From Candidatus Palauibacter sp. (lineage in GTDB: Bacteria > Gemmatimonadota > Gemmatimonadetes > Palauibacterales > Palauibacteraceae): a stretch of 64,000 nt of DNA. Positions 1 through 12,194 of this stretch are shown here, piece after piece; position 1 is the stretch's first letter; every line of letters begins with the position of its first letter. The stretch covers positions 298,734 to 362,733 of the forward strand of contig NZ_OZ250143.1 in NCBI RefSeq assembly GCF_965237495.1, given 5' to 3'. A program made the translations under genes and the position numbers. The notes under the pieces are model-generated. The model did no database searches, was not told the origin of the DNA, and saw only the letters and a list, made by a program, of their open reading frames with translations.

Positions 1-2
1 CG

Positions 3-296
3 ATCCGCGCCTTCCGCGCGCTGTGCTGCGAGGGGATGTCCCGCGTCGACCTCTTCCTCACGACCGAAGATTGCGGCGAGGTGCCGGCGGGCGAACTCAT
101 CGTGAACGAGATCAACACCATCCCCGGCTTCACCCGGATCAGCATGTATCCGAAGCTGTGGGCGGCGAGCGGCGTCTCGTACCCGGAACTCATCGACCGC
201 CTCATCCGGCTCGCGATCGAGCGGGGGGAGCGGGAGCGCCGCCTCGCGTGGGCGATCGCCTCGCGACGGACGACACGGAATGACGACACGGAATGA
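3..296 (+). CDS. ddl: D-alanine--D-alanine ligase, C-terminal part (5' truncated by window)
   Basis: Motifs SRVDLF and [24 protein letters not shown]; frame is open from position 3. Confidence 0.92.
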   Translation: MRAFRALCCEGMSRVDLFLTTEDCGEVPAGELIVNEINTIPGFTRISMYPKLWAASGVSYPELIDRLIRLAIERGERERRLAWAIASRRTTRNDDTE

Positions 297-320
297 CGGA
301 ACGGAGTGACGCAAGCGCAT
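269..320 (+). repeat. Decaying 13-bp tandem repeat (GACGACACGGAAT x2, GACGGAACGGAGT, GACGCAAGCGCAT)
   Basis: Read directly; spans the ddl stop and the start of the next gene. Confidence 0.8.
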
Positions 321-1218
321 GATGCGGCGGCAGGCGTACGGTAGCGGCGGGGTCCGCTTCGGCCACGGCTTCCCGATGAGCCGCTGGGTGCCGCGGCTCA
401 TGATCGCGAACTTCGCGATCTACCTCCTGATGAGCCTGCGCGTCATCGGGCCCCCGGCGATCGAGTGGCTCGGCTTCGGCGTCCCCGGCTTCCTCACGCG
501 ACCGTGGACCGCCGTCACCTACATGTTCCTGCACGGCAGCTTCATGCACGTGTTCATGAACATGCTCGCGCTCTTCTTCTTCGGGCCGCCCCTCGAGCAG
601 AAATGGGGCAGCCGCTTCTTCCTCAAGTACTACCTCATCACGGGGCTCGGGGGCGCCGCCTCGTCCGTCCTCCTGTACTCCGTCCTCGGGCCGACGATGA
701 TGATCGGGGCCTCCGGCGCCGTCTTCGGTCTGCTGCTGGCCTTCGCCGTCAACTGGCCCGACGCGAGGATCCTCCTCTGGTTCGTCTTCCCGGTGCGGGC
801 CAAGTGGTTCGTGATGGGGCTGGGCGCGTTCACCCTCCTCTCGACCGCGCAGGGCTCCGCCGACGGCGTGGCTCACTGGGCGCACCTCGGCGGCCTCGTG
901 AGCGGGTTCGTGTACCTGCGCTACGGCGAGCGTCTCCGCCGGTTCGCGGGGAAGGCGCTCTACAGGGAGAAGGAAAAGCCCGCGCCCCGGCTGCGGCGCA
1001 GGCGCCGTGCGGCCTCCACCGGCGAGGCGCCGCCCCCCACCCCCCGCCGCCGCCGCCGGCGGAACGGCGACGCCCTGGACGAGGTCGACCGCATCCTCGA
1101 CAAGATCCGCGCGACCGGAATGGACTCGCTGACCCCCCGTGAACGGGCGTTTCTCGACGAGGTGAGCCGGCAGTACAGGGAGACGCAGGACACCCCGACC
1201 AAGTCCCGCACACACTGA
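319..1218 (+). CDS. Rhomboid family intramembrane serine protease with C-terminal DUF6576-like tail
   Basis: TYMFLH..F.H...NM, GASGA catalytic Ser, AHWAHLGG His; tail DEVDRILDKI...G.DSLT..ER.FL. Confidence 0.92.
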   Translation: MMRRQAYGSGGVRFGHGFPMSRWVPRLMIANFAIYLLMSLRVIGPPAIEWLGFGVPGFLTRPWTAVTYMFLHGSFMHVFMNMLALFFFGPPLEQKWGSRFFLKYYLITGLGGAASSVLLYSVLGPTMMIGASGAVFGLLLAFAVNWPDARILLWFVFPVRAKWFVMGLGAFTLLSTAQGSADGVAHWAHLGGLVSGFVYLRYGERLRRFAGKALYREKEKPAPRLRRRRRAASTGEAPPPTPRRRRRRNGDALDEVDRILDKIRATGMDSLTPRERAFLDEVSRQYRETQDTPTKSRTH

Positions 1219-1354
1219 ACGCCCCGGCGACGCCCGGCGCGTCCCCGCGCGGCTGGAGTTTTCCGCCGCCGGTTTCTACAATATCCGCCCCGCGTGAGCC
1301 GCGTTCGACGTCGGCCCGCGCCCCGCGATCCAGTCTCCGTCCCGGGAGGTGTAC

Positions 1355-3445
1355 ATGGCGTCTGCCGCCTCGGCATATGAAACGCCCAACATCCGCAACG
1401 TCGTCCTCTTCGGTCACGGAGGCGCCGGCAAGACGACACTCGTGGATTCGATGTGCTACGTCGCCGGAAATACGAACCGGAAGGGCGACGTGCAGAAGGG
1501 GAGTGCGCTCACCGACTTCACCCCCGAGGAGACCGGCCACGGGATCTCGATCAACCTCGCCGTGGCCCACGCCGTCTGGGACGAGACCCGGATCAACCTC
1601 ATCGACACGCCCGGCTACCTCGACTTCCTCGGCGAAGTCCTGGCGGGGATCCGGGTGGGGGACGCCGGCCTCTGCGTCGTCGACGCGATCTCGGGCGTCG
1701 AGGTGGGGACGGAGAAGACGTGGGCCGCCGCCGAACGCGCGAAGCTGCCGCGGGCCGTCTTCGTCTCGATGATGGATCGGGACAACGCGAACTTCCGGAG
1801 CACCGTCGACCAGATCCGGGCCGAACTCACGCCGAACGCGATGCCGGTTCAGGTCCCGATCGGGGCGGGCGCCGACTTCGCCGGCATCGTCGACCTCCTC
1901 ACGATGAAGGCGCACATGTTCAAGGGGGGCGACAAGGGGGCCGCGGACGAGGTCGATCCCCCCGCCGCGGTCGCGTCTGAGGTGGAGGAACTCCGCGAGA
2001 CGCTCATCGAGGCGATCGTGTCGGCGGACGATGATCTGCTCGAGGCCTACTTCGAGGGGGAGGAACTGGACCCCGGCCGCGTCGTGGAGGTCCTCGCGGA
2101 GGCGATCCGCGACGGTGATGTCGTCCCCGTGTTCTGCGGTTCGTGCCAGACGAGCGCCGGGGTGCCGGCCCTGCTCGACCGCATCGTGGAACTCCTGCCC
2201 TCGCCCGACCGCGCGGTCCCCCAGACCGCGTCCAACGGAAGCGGCGAGGTCGTGCTGGAGCCGGGAGTCGGCGCGCCCGCGGCGGTCCTCGTCTTCAAGA
2301 CGACCTCCGAGCCGCACGTCGGCGACCTGAGCTACTTCCGCGTGTTCAGCGGCCGCATCACGAACGGCATCATGCTCCTCAACCCCGGCCGCGGCTCGAC
2401 CGAGCGCCTCGCGCACCTCGCGATCCCGCACGGCGTCCGGCGCGTCGACGTCGAGGTCCTGAACACCGGCGACATCGGCGTCGTGACGAAGCTCAAGGAC
2501 ACGCACACCGGCGACACCCTGTGCGATGGCGCCTCGCCCGTGACCCTCGAGGGGATCCGCTGGCCGGCCCCCGACCTCTCCCTCGCGGTGACCGCCTGCA
2601 CGCGCGCCGACGAGGACAAGATCGGGAGTGGGCTGTCGAAGCTGCACGAGGAGGACCCGACCTTCGCCGCGGGCTACGACCCCGAGCGCGGGCAGACGAT
2701 CATCCGCGGCCTCGGGGAGATCCACCTCAACATCTCGCTCGAGAAGATGACCCGGAAGTACGGGGTCAACGTGGACACCCACGAGCCGCGGATCGCCTAC
2801 CGCGAGACGATCACGAGGACCGCCGAGGGCCAGGGCCGCCACAAGAAGCAGTCCGGCGGGCGGGGCCAGTTCGGCGACTGCCATGTCCGCCTCAGCCCGC
2901 TGCCGCGCGGAGGGGGATATGCGTTCGTGGACTCGATCAAGGGCGGCGTGATCCCGACCAAGTTCATTTCGGCCGTGGGCAAGGGGGTCGAGCAGGCGTC
3001 CCGCAAGGGCGTCCTCGCGGGCTACCCCGTGGTGGACTTCCAGGCCCAGTGTTACGACGGCTCGCACCACTCCGTCGACAGCTCCGACATCGCCTTCCAG
3101 ATCGCGGGCTCGCTCGCGTTCCAGAAGGTGGCGCGGGAGGCGAACCCGGTGATCCTCGAGCCGATCATGGAGGTGGAGGTCGAGACGCCCGAGGAGTACA
3201 TGGGTGAGGTGATGGGAGACCTCAACCAGCGGCGCGGCCGGGTGCTCGGCATGGACTCGAAGGGGCGGCGGCAGGTCGTGAAGGCCCACGTCCCGCAGGC
3301 CGAACTCTACAAGTACTCCGCCGCGCTGCGCTCGCTGACGCACGGGAAGGCGACGCACACCCGCAAGCTGGCTGCGTACGAGCAGGTTCCGCCGCATGTT
3401 CAGGGGAGAGTGATCGCGGAGTCCCGGCACGACGAGGACGAGTAG
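1355..3445 (+). CDS. fusA: Elongation factor G-like protein (EF-G2)
   Basis: GHGGAGKTT, DTPGY, GLGEIHL, KKQSGGRGQFG, VDSS, LEP; GGAGGT RBS before ATG 1355. Confidence 0.93.
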   Translation: MASAASAYETPNIRNVVLFGHGGAGKTTLVDSMCYVAGNTNRKGDVQKGSALTDFTPEETGHGISINLAVAHAVWDETRINLIDTPGYLDFLGEVLAGIRVGDAGLCVVDAISGVEVGTEKTWAAAERAKLPRAVFVSMMDRDNANFRSTVDQIRAELTPNAMPVQVPIGAGADFAGIVDLLTMKAHMFKGGDKGAADEVDPPAAVASEVEELRETLIEAIVSADDDLLEAYFEGEELDPGRVVEVLAEAIRDGDVVPVFCGSCQTSAGVPALLDRIVELLPSPDRAVPQTASNGSGEVVLEPGVGAPAAVLVFKTTSEPHVGDLSYFRVFSGRITNGIMLLNPGRGSTERLAHLAIPHGVRRVDVEVLNTGDIGVVTKLKDTHTGDTLCDGASPVTLEGIRWPAPDLSLAVTACTRADEDKIGSGLSKLHEEDPTFAAGYDPERGQTIIRGLGEIHLNISLEKMTRKYGVNVDTHEPRIAYRETITRTAEGQGRHKKQSGGRGQFGDCHVRLSPLPRGGGYAFVDSIKGGVIPTKFISAVGKGVEQASRKGVLAGYPVVDFQAQCYDGSHHSVDSSDIAFQIAGSLAFQKVAREANPVILEPIMEVEVETPEEYMGEVMGDLNQRRGRVLGMDSKGRRQVVKAHVPQAELYKYSAALRSLTHGKATHTRKLAAYEQVPPHVQGRVIAESRHDEDE

Positions 3446-3467
3446 GAAGACGAGCAGGCGGTAGCCC

Positions 3468-4199
3468 GTGGCGGGCCATTCGAAGTGGTCGAAGATCAAG
3501 CGCCGGAAGGCGGTGACCGACCAGGCGAAGGGGAAGCTCTTCTCCAAGCTCGGGCGCGAGATCGCCGTGGCGGCGCGCGAGGGGGGAGGGGACCCGGACT
3601 TCAACCCCCGTCTCCGGACCGCGATCGACAACGCCAAGGGCCAGCGCATGCCGACCGAGAACATCGAACGCGCGATCAGGCGCGGGACGGGCGACCTCCC
3701 CGGGGCCTCGTACGAAGAGGTCACGCACGAGGGCTACGCGCCCGGCGGCGCGGCCCTCTATGTGGAGTGTCTCACCGACAACCCGCGGCGGACGGTGGCC
3801 GAACTCCGGCACCTGCTCGACAAGCGGGGCGGGAACCTGGGACAGAGCGGCTCCGTCGCCTGGATGTTCGAGCGCAAGGGTCAGATCCTCGTCTCCGCCG
3901 ACCGCAGCGAAGAGGAGGCGGCGCTCGAGGCGGCGCTCGAGGCCGGGGCCGAGGACTTCGAGGCGGACGACGGGATGTACGTGGTGACGACGGGGGCGGC
4001 CGACTTCCACCAGGTGCTCGCCTCGATGCGCGCGGCCGGGATCCCGGTCGCGGAGGCGGATCTCGCCATGGTCGCGAAGAACACGGTGAGAGTCGAGGGA
4101 CGCGAGGCGGAGAGGGTGCTCGACATCCTGACGGCGCTCGACGATCACGACGACGTGCTGCGGGTCAACACGAACGTCGATCTGGAGGCGGGGGACTGA
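3468..4199 (+). CDS. yebC: YebC/PmpR family protein
   Basis: MAGHSKWSKIKRRK, NPRLR.AI, EGYAPGG, TDN..RT. Confidence 0.96.
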   Translation: MAGHSKWSKIKRRKAVTDQAKGKLFSKLGREIAVAAREGGGDPDFNPRLRTAIDNAKGQRMPTENIERAIRRGTGDLPGASYEEVTHEGYAPGGAALYVECLTDNPRRTVAELRHLLDKRGGNLGQSGSVAWMFERKGQILVSADRSEEEAALEAALEAGAEDFEADDGMYVVTTGAADFHQVLASMRAAGIPVAEADLAMVAKNTVRVEGREAERVLDILTALDDHDDVLRVNTNVDLEAGD

Positions 4200-4693
4200 G
4201 CGGCCCCCTGAAGGTGCTGGGGATCGACCCCGGCACGCGGGCGACCGGCTACGGCTGCATCGAGGGGGGCCGGTCGGTCCCGGGCCTCTCGTACCGCCTC
4301 ATCGAGTGCGGCGTCGTGCGGCCGCGCGGGACGGATCTGGGCTCGCGGCTCGAGGACATCCATTGCGGGACGCTCGAGATCATCGACCGGCTGGCGCCGA
4401 CGTGCGTGGCGATCGAGAGCGCCTTCCACGGGCGCAACGCCCGCACGGCCATGGTGCTGGGGCACGCGCGCGGCGTCCTCGTCCTCGCGGCGCAGTTGCG
4501 GGGCCTCCCGATCCACGAGTACGCGCCGCGGCAGGTGAAGAAGCGGGTCGTGGGGACCGGCGCCGCCAGCAAGGAGCAGGTCGGCTTCATGGTCAAGCAC
4601 CACCTGCGGCTCGGCGAGGCGCCGCGCCCGGCGGACGCGGCGGACGGCTGCGCGGTCGCCCTCTGTCACCTGATCGGCGGGGGGCTCCCGTGA
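4196..4693 (+). CDS. ruvC: Holliday junction resolvase RuvC
   Basis: VLGIDPG, AIE, EYAPRQVKK.V.G.G.A.KEQV, DAAD; start uncertain (CTG at 4196 overlapping the yebC stop, or GTG at 4214). Confidence 0.93.
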   Translation: MSGPLKVLGIDPGTRATGYGCIEGGRSVPGLSYRLIECGVVRPRGTDLGSRLEDIHCGTLEIIDRLAPTCVAIESAFHGRNARTAMVLGHARGVLVLAAQLRGLPIHEYAPRQVKKRVVGTGAASKEQVGFMVKHHLRLGEAPRPADAADGCAVALCHLIGGGLP

Positions 4694-5280
4694 TCCGGCG
4701 CCTGCGCGGAGAGCTGGTCGGGCGCGCCGCGGGCGCCGTCGAGGTTGTGACGGGCGACGGTGTCGGCTACGAGGTCAACGTGCCGCTCGGGCTGGTCGAC
4801 CGGCTGCCGCCCGAGGGGGCCGCGGTCGAACTGCACACCGTGCTCGTCGTGCGCGACGACGCGTTCGAACTGTACGGCTTCGAGACCGCCCGGGACCGCG
4901 AACTCTTCCAGCGGCTGCGCACCCCGAGCGGCGTGGGGCCGCGCCTCGCGCTCGCGATCCTCGGGGCGCTGCCGCCGGGCCGGATCGTGCGGGCGATCCG
5001 CGCCAAGGACCACCGCACCCTCCAGACCGTGAGCGGCGTGGGCCGGAAGACGGCGGAGCGGATCGCGATCGACCTCGCGGACAAGCTCGATGACCTGGGC
5101 GACCCCGGAGGCGACCTGCCGCCGGCCGGCGGCCCGGCCGCGGCGGCCGCGCAGGCGCTGCGCGCCCTCGGCTACCAGCGAGGGCAGAGCGAGAACGCCG
5201 TGCGCCACGCGCTCGAGGCGCTCGAGGGCCGCAAGGTCGGCGCCGAGGAACTCGTGCGCCGCGCGCTGCAGCACGTATGA
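4690..5280 (+). CDS. ruvA: Holliday junction branch migration protein RuvA
   Basis: [44 protein letters not shown]. Confidence 0.95.
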   Translation: MIRRLRGELVGRAAGAVEVVTGDGVGYEVNVPLGLVDRLPPEGAAVELHTVLVVRDDAFELYGFETARDRELFQRLRTPSGVGPRLALAILGALPPGRIVRAIRAKDHRTLQTVSGVGRKTAERIAIDLADKLDDLGDPGGDLPPAGGPAAAAAQALRALGYQRGQSENAVRHALEALEGRKVGAEELVRRALQHV

Positions 5281-6387
5281 CGGCGCCCGCGCCTCCCGGC
5301 GGGACCGGCACCGGCGCGCCGGACGACCGGCCGCGCACCGAGATCACCACGCCGGAGGTGCTCGAGGACGACCTGCGCCCCGACGCCGCGCTGCGCCCGC
5401 GGCGCCTCGACGAATTCATCGGCCAGGCGCGCGTCAAGGAGAGCCTCTCCGTGTTCGTGGAGGCGGCGCTGGGCCGCGGCGAGGCGCTCGACCACACCCT
5501 CTTCTACGGCCCGCCGGGCCTCGGGAAGACGACGCTCGCCCTCCTCCTCGCCCGCGAACTCGGGGTCGACATCAAGCTCACCTCCGGCCCCGTGCTCGAG
5601 AAGCCGGGCGACCTCGCCGGCCTGCTCACGAACCTCCAGCCGCGGGGCCTCCTCTTCATCGACGAGATCCACCGCCTGCGGCCGGTGATCGAGGAGTTCC
5701 TCTATCCCGCGATGGAGGATTACCGGATCGAGATCCGGCTTGGGGACGGGCCCCGCGTCGAGACCTTCACGATGAAGCTCGAACGCTTCACGCTGGTGGG
5801 GGCGACGACCCGCTTCGGACTCCTCACGGCCCCCATGCGGGCGCGCTTCGGCGTCGTCGAGCGGCTGGGCTTCTACCCGAAGGAGGAACTGGCGCGGATC
5901 GTCGTCCGCTCCGCGCGCCTCCTCGACATCCCCACCACCGCCGACGGGGCCGACGAGATCGCGCGCCGCGCCCGCGGCACGCCCCGCATCGCGAACCGCC
6001 TCCTGCGCCGCGTGCGCGACTTCGCGGAGGTGCGGGGCGACGGGACGATCGACGTCGCGACGGCCGTGGACGGCCTCAAGCTGCTCAACGTGGACGAATA
6101 CGGCCTCGACGAGATGGACGCGCGCGTGCTCAAGGCGATCATCGAGACGTTCGAAGGGGGACCGGTGGGGCTCGCCTCGCTCGCCGTCGCGGTGGGTGAG
6201 GACGCGGGCACGCTGGAGGAGGTGTACGAGCCGTACCTGATCCAGAACGGGTACATGCAGCGGACGTCGAGAGGCCGCACGGCCACCCGGAAGGCGTACG
6301 CGCGCTTCGGCTACGCGCTCCCGCGCGGAGAAGCCGGCGGGGCGCAGGGCGCGCTGTTCGGCGGTGACGTCGGCGGTGACGTCGGCG

Positions 6388-6398
<11 letters not shown>
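5277..6398 (+). CDS. ruvB: Holliday junction helicase RuvB
   Basis: [59 protein letters not shown]. Confidence 0.97.
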
Positions 6399-8669
<2,271 letters not shown>

Positions 8670-8709
8670 CGTCAGGGGAAGCCGAGGACACAGAAGGCGA
8701 GGACGGAGC

Positions 8710-9012
8710 ATGCTGATTGTCAGCTTCATGGGCGGCGGGGAAGGCGGGACGGCGAACCCGGCCGCGACGATGATGATGATGTTCGGGTTCATCGCCATCT
8801 TCTACTTCATCTTCTTCCGCCCGCAGAAGAAGCAGCAGCGCGAGCATCAGGAGCTGATCAGGAACCTGAAGCGGGGAGACGTGGTCACGACCATCGGCGG
8901 CATCGTCGGGACCATCGTCCACCTCACGAACGAGCGCGTCACGGTCAAGACCGGCGACACGCGGATCGAGGTCGAGCGCGCGAAGATCGGCAGGGTCGAC
9001 TCCGGGAGCTGA
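8710..9012 (+). CDS. yajC: Preprotein translocase subunit YajC
   Basis: FYFIFFRPQKKQ, L.RGD.V.TIGGI.G. Confidence 0.93.
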   Translation: MLIVSFMGGGEGGTANPAATMMMMFGFIAIFYFIFFRPQKKQQREHQELIRNLKRGDVVTTIGGIVGTIVHLTNERVTVKTGDTRIEVERAKIGRVDSGS

Positions 9013-9064
9013 CCGAGCCGGCCCGTGAAGTCGACATGAAGGTCCGCACCGGGAAGACCCCGCT

Positions 9065-9553
9065 GTGATCCTGGAAATCCGCACCTTCGGCGACCCCGTA
9101 CTGCGGGAGAAGTGCGCCCCCGTGGCGGACATCGACGAGGGGATGCGCCGCCTCGCCGAGGACATGCAGGAGACGATGTACGACGCCGACGGCATCGGGC
9201 TCGCCGCGCCGCAGGTGGGCGTTCCGGTCCGGATCTTCGTCTACGACGTGCGCGATTCCGACATCGCCCCCGGCGTCCTCGTGAACCCCGAGGTCGTCGA
9301 GGGACGGGGGATGTCGAAGGAGGAGGAGGGCTGCCTCAGCGTCCCCGGGCTGTCGGAGATCGTCGAGCGCAGCGCGTCGATCGTCGTGCGCGGGCTGGGG
9401 CTGGACGGGGAACAGGTGGAGATCCGGGCCGACGGCCTCCTCAGCCGCTGCCTTCAGCACGAGACGGACCACCTCGACGGGATCCTCTTCCTCGACCGCG
9501 TGAGTCCGCTCAAGCGGAAGATGCTGCTCGGGAAGTGGCGCAAGCAGGCTTGA
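9065..9553 (+). CDS. def: Peptide deformylase
   Basis: GIGLAAPQVG, EGCLS, QHETDHLDG. Confidence 0.96.
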   Translation: MILEIRTFGDPVLREKCAPVADIDEGMRRLAEDMQETMYDADGIGLAAPQVGVPVRIFVYDVRDSDIAPGVLVNPEVVEGRGMSKEEEGCLSVPGLSEIVERSASIVVRGLGLDGEQVEIRADGLLSRCLQHETDHLDGILFLDRVSPLKRKMLLGKWRKQA

Positions 9554-10524
9554 GGGTCCTGTTCTGGGGGACGCCGGAGTTCGGGCTCCCCTCGCTGGAG
9601 GCGATGCGGGCGGCGGGCCACGAGATCGCGGGCGTGGTGACGAATCCCGACCGGCCGGCGGGACGGGGACGCGCGTTGCGGGCCAGTCCGGTGAAGGAGT
9701 GGGCGCTGGCGGCCGAAGTGCCCGTTCTGCAGCCCGTCCGCCCGGGCGCCGCGGCGTTCCTCGACGCGGCTCGCCGGCTCACCCCCGATGTCTCCGTCGT
9801 GGCGGCGTACGGCCGCATCCTCCCGCGCGAGGCGCTCGATCTGCCGCCGCTCGGTTCGTTCAACGTCCACGCGTCGCTCCTGCCCGCCCTGCGCGGCGCC
9901 GCCCCGATCAACTGGGCGATCATCCGCGGGCATGACGAGTCGGGGGTCAGCATCCAGCGCATGGTCGCCGCGCTCGACGCCGGACCGGTGCTCGGGCAGA
10001 CCCGCATCCCGATCCACGCCACCATGACCGCCGGGGAGTTGTACGAGGCGGTGGCCCGGGCGGGAGCGACGCGGCTCGTCGAGGTGCTGGCCGAGGTCGC
10101 GGCCGGGGGCGCCGTCGAGACGCCGCAGGACGAAGCGCGCGCGACGTGGGCCCCGAAACTCGACCGGGAGGCGGTGCGCATCGACTGGTCGCGTGCCGCC
10201 CCCGAACTGGCCCGCTGGCTGCGCGGCTGCGACCCCCGGCCCGCGGCCTGGACCACCCTCCGCGGGCGGTCGCTGCAGTGCTTCGAACCGACCGTCGAGC
10301 CCGACGCCCCCGGAGCGGGCGCCGCCGCCACGACGGCCGGGGCCCCGGCGCCGGGCACCGTCATCGAAGCGCACGCCGTGCGGGGGCTGCGGGTCGCCAC
10401 CGGAGACGGGGTCCTCCGCGTCGGCGCCGTCAAACCGGCCGGCCGCCGGCGCATGTCCGCCGCCGCCTGGGCCCGCGGGGTCGCCCGGGGGGTCGCCGAC
10501 CTGAAGGGGGTCCGCTTCGACTGA
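9550..10524 (+). CDS. fmt: Methionyl-tRNA formyltransferase
   Basis: F.GTPEF, PDRPAGRG, NVHASLLP.LRGAAPI, LDAG; TTG start overlapping the def stop. Confidence 0.95.
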   Translation: MRVLFWGTPEFGLPSLEAMRAAGHEIAGVVTNPDRPAGRGRALRASPVKEWALAAEVPVLQPVRPGAAAFLDAARRLTPDVSVVAAYGRILPREALDLPPLGSFNVHASLLPALRGAAPINWAIIRGHDESGVSIQRMVAALDAGPVLGQTRIPIHATMTAGELYEAVARAGATRLVEVLAEVAAGGAVETPQDEARATWAPKLDREAVRIDWSRAAPELARWLRGCDPRPAAWTTLRGRSLQCFEPTVEPDAPGAGAAATTAGAPAPGTVIEAHAVRGLRVATGDGVLRVGAVKPAGRRRMSAAAWARGVARGVADLKGVRFD

Positions 10525-10576
10525 CGCGCGGCTTGACGGTTTCCGCCACCGGCTCGACGGCTTCCCGCGGCTGCAC

Positions 10577-11245
10577 GTGCTCGTCTCGGAGCGGGAGGTG
10601 GACGGCCCCTCCGGCCTCGCGGCGGTCGAACGCGTGATGGAGCACGGGGCCCCCATCGCGGTACATCTGAGGGCGCGTCTCCCCACCCGTCGCCTGTTCG
10701 AGATCGCCGCTGAACTGGCCTCGAGCGCGGAGCGGACGGGGGGTTGGCTGGTGGTGAACGGACGGCCCGATGTCGCGCTGGCGGCCGGCGCGCGGGCGGT
10801 GCAGCTTGGACGAACCGCCCTCGGGGCGAAGGAGACGCGCCGCATAGTCGAGGCGTGCGCGGGGAGGCTGGCGATCGGGGCATCCGTACACGATGCGGAG
10901 GGCGCGTTTCGAGCCGTCCGGGACGGCGCCGACTACCTTGTGCTGGGCACGATCCATGCCACGCCCTCGCACCCCGGGCGCGCGGGAAGCGGCCCCGCGG
11001 CGGTGACCGAGGCCGTGGCCACCGCCGTCCGCGCCGCGCCGACCGCCGCGCCGGTCCTCGCCATCGGCGGACTGCGGGCGGAGCGGATCGACGAGGTCGT
11101 GGAGGCCGGCGCGTACGGGATCGTGACGGGCCGCGCGGTGTGGTCGGCTCCCGACCCGGCGCGGGCCGCGCTCGATCTGAGGAGAAGACTGGACCGGAGA
11201 TGGGATGGACGAGATACGGATACAGGTGAACGGACGGGAGCGTGA
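10577..11245 (+). CDS. thiE: Thiamine phosphate synthase-like protein (ThiE/TenI)
   Basis: VVN.R.DVA, IGASVH, GADY...G.I..T.SH, PVLAIGG; next to thiS-thiG; start uncertain. Confidence 0.75.
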   Translation: MLVSEREVDGPSGLAAVERVMEHGAPIAVHLRARLPTRRLFEIAAELASSAERTGGWLVVNGRPDVALAAGARAVQLGRTALGAKETRRIVEACAGRLAIGASVHDAEGAFRAVRDGADYLVLGTIHATPSHPGRAGSGPAAVTEAVATAVRAAPTAAPVLAIGGLRAERIDEVVEAGAYGIVTGRAVWSAPDPARAALDLRRRLDRRWDGRDTDTGERTGA

Positions 11246-11414
11246 CGTTCCCGCGGGAACGTCCGTGGCGGTGTTGCTCCGCGACCTCGGACTGGACGGG
11301 CGGGCGATCGTCGTCGAACTGAACCGTCAGATCGTCCGGCTGCCGGAGATCGAGAGCGTCCGGTTCGAGGCCGGCGATCGCGTCGAGCTCGTCCACTTCG
11401 TGGGAGGCGGCTGA
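11205..11414 (+). CDS. thiS: Sulfur carrier protein ThiS
   Basis: I.VNG, VVELN..IV, GD.VELVHFVGGG C-terminus. Confidence 0.95.
   Translation: MDEIRIQVNGRERDVPAGTSVAVLLRDLGLDGRAIVVELNRQIVRLPEIESVRFEAGDRVELVHFVGGG
11244..11263. repeat. 20-bp perfect palindrome GACGTTCCCGCGGGAACGTC (copy 1 of 3)
   Basis: Read directly, inside thiS. Confidence 0.9.
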
Positions 11415-11417
11415 ACG

Positions 11418-12194
11418 ATGGACGCGCTCGAGATCGGCGGCCGCACGTTCGATTCCCGTCTCATCGTGGGGACGGGGAAATACCCGAGTCCCGAGGTGAT
11501 GCTCGAGGCGATCCGGGCCTCCGGCGCGGGCATGGTCACGGTCGCGGTGCGCCGGGTCGACATCGAGAACCCGGACCGCGACGACATCCTGCGGACGATC
11601 ACTCCGGACGAGTTCGAACTCCTCCCCAACACGGCGGGGTGCTACACCGCCGAGGACGCGATCCGCTTCGCGCGGCTGGGGCGCGCGGCGGGGATGAGCG
11701 ACTGGGTGAAGCTCGAGGTCATCGGCGACGCAGACACGCTCTTCCCCCACACCGAGGCGTTGATCGAAGCCACGCGTGTGCTCGTGGCCGAGGGGTTCAC
11801 CGTCCTTCCCTACACGAACGACGACCTCGTGACGGCGCTCAGGCTCGAGGACGCCGGGGCCGCGGCGGTGATGCCGCTCGCCTCTCCGATCGGGAGCGGC
11901 CTCGGGCTGCTGAACCCGCTCAACATCCGGATCATCAAGTCCAGGCTCTCCGTCCCGGTCGTCGTCGACGCCGGGGTGGGGACGGCCTCCGACGCGTGCG
12001 CGACGATGGAGCAGGGGGTCGACGGCGTGCTCATGAACACGGCGATCGCCGCGGCGGAGGATCCGGTGGAGATGGCGCGGGCGATGCGGCTGGCGGTCGA
12101 GGCGGGGCGTCGCGCGTACCTCGCCGGACGCATGCCGCGCCGCGAATGGGCGGCGCCGTCGAGCCCGCTCGAGGGTCTGCCGCCCCCGGATTGA
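11418..12194 (+). CDS. thiG: Thiazole synthase
   Basis: [44 protein letters not shown]. Confidence 0.96.
   Translation: MDALEIGGRTFDSRLIVGTGKYPSPEVMLEAIRASGAGMVTVAVRRVDIENPDRDDILRTITPDEFELLPNTAGCYTAEDAIRFARLGRAAGMSDWVKLEVIGDADTLFPHTEALIEATRVLVAEGFTVLPYTNDDLVTALRLEDAGAAAVMPLASPIGSGLGLLNPLNIRIIKSRLSVPVVVDAGVGTASDACATMEQGVDGVLMNTAIAAAEDPVEMARAMRLAVEAGRRAYLAGRMPRREWAAPSSPLEGLPPPD

Noticed and set aside
1250-1290. Sigma70 promoter upstream of the EF-G2 gene (TACAAT at 1277)
   Set aside because: Plausible -10 box but no convincing -35; insufficient support
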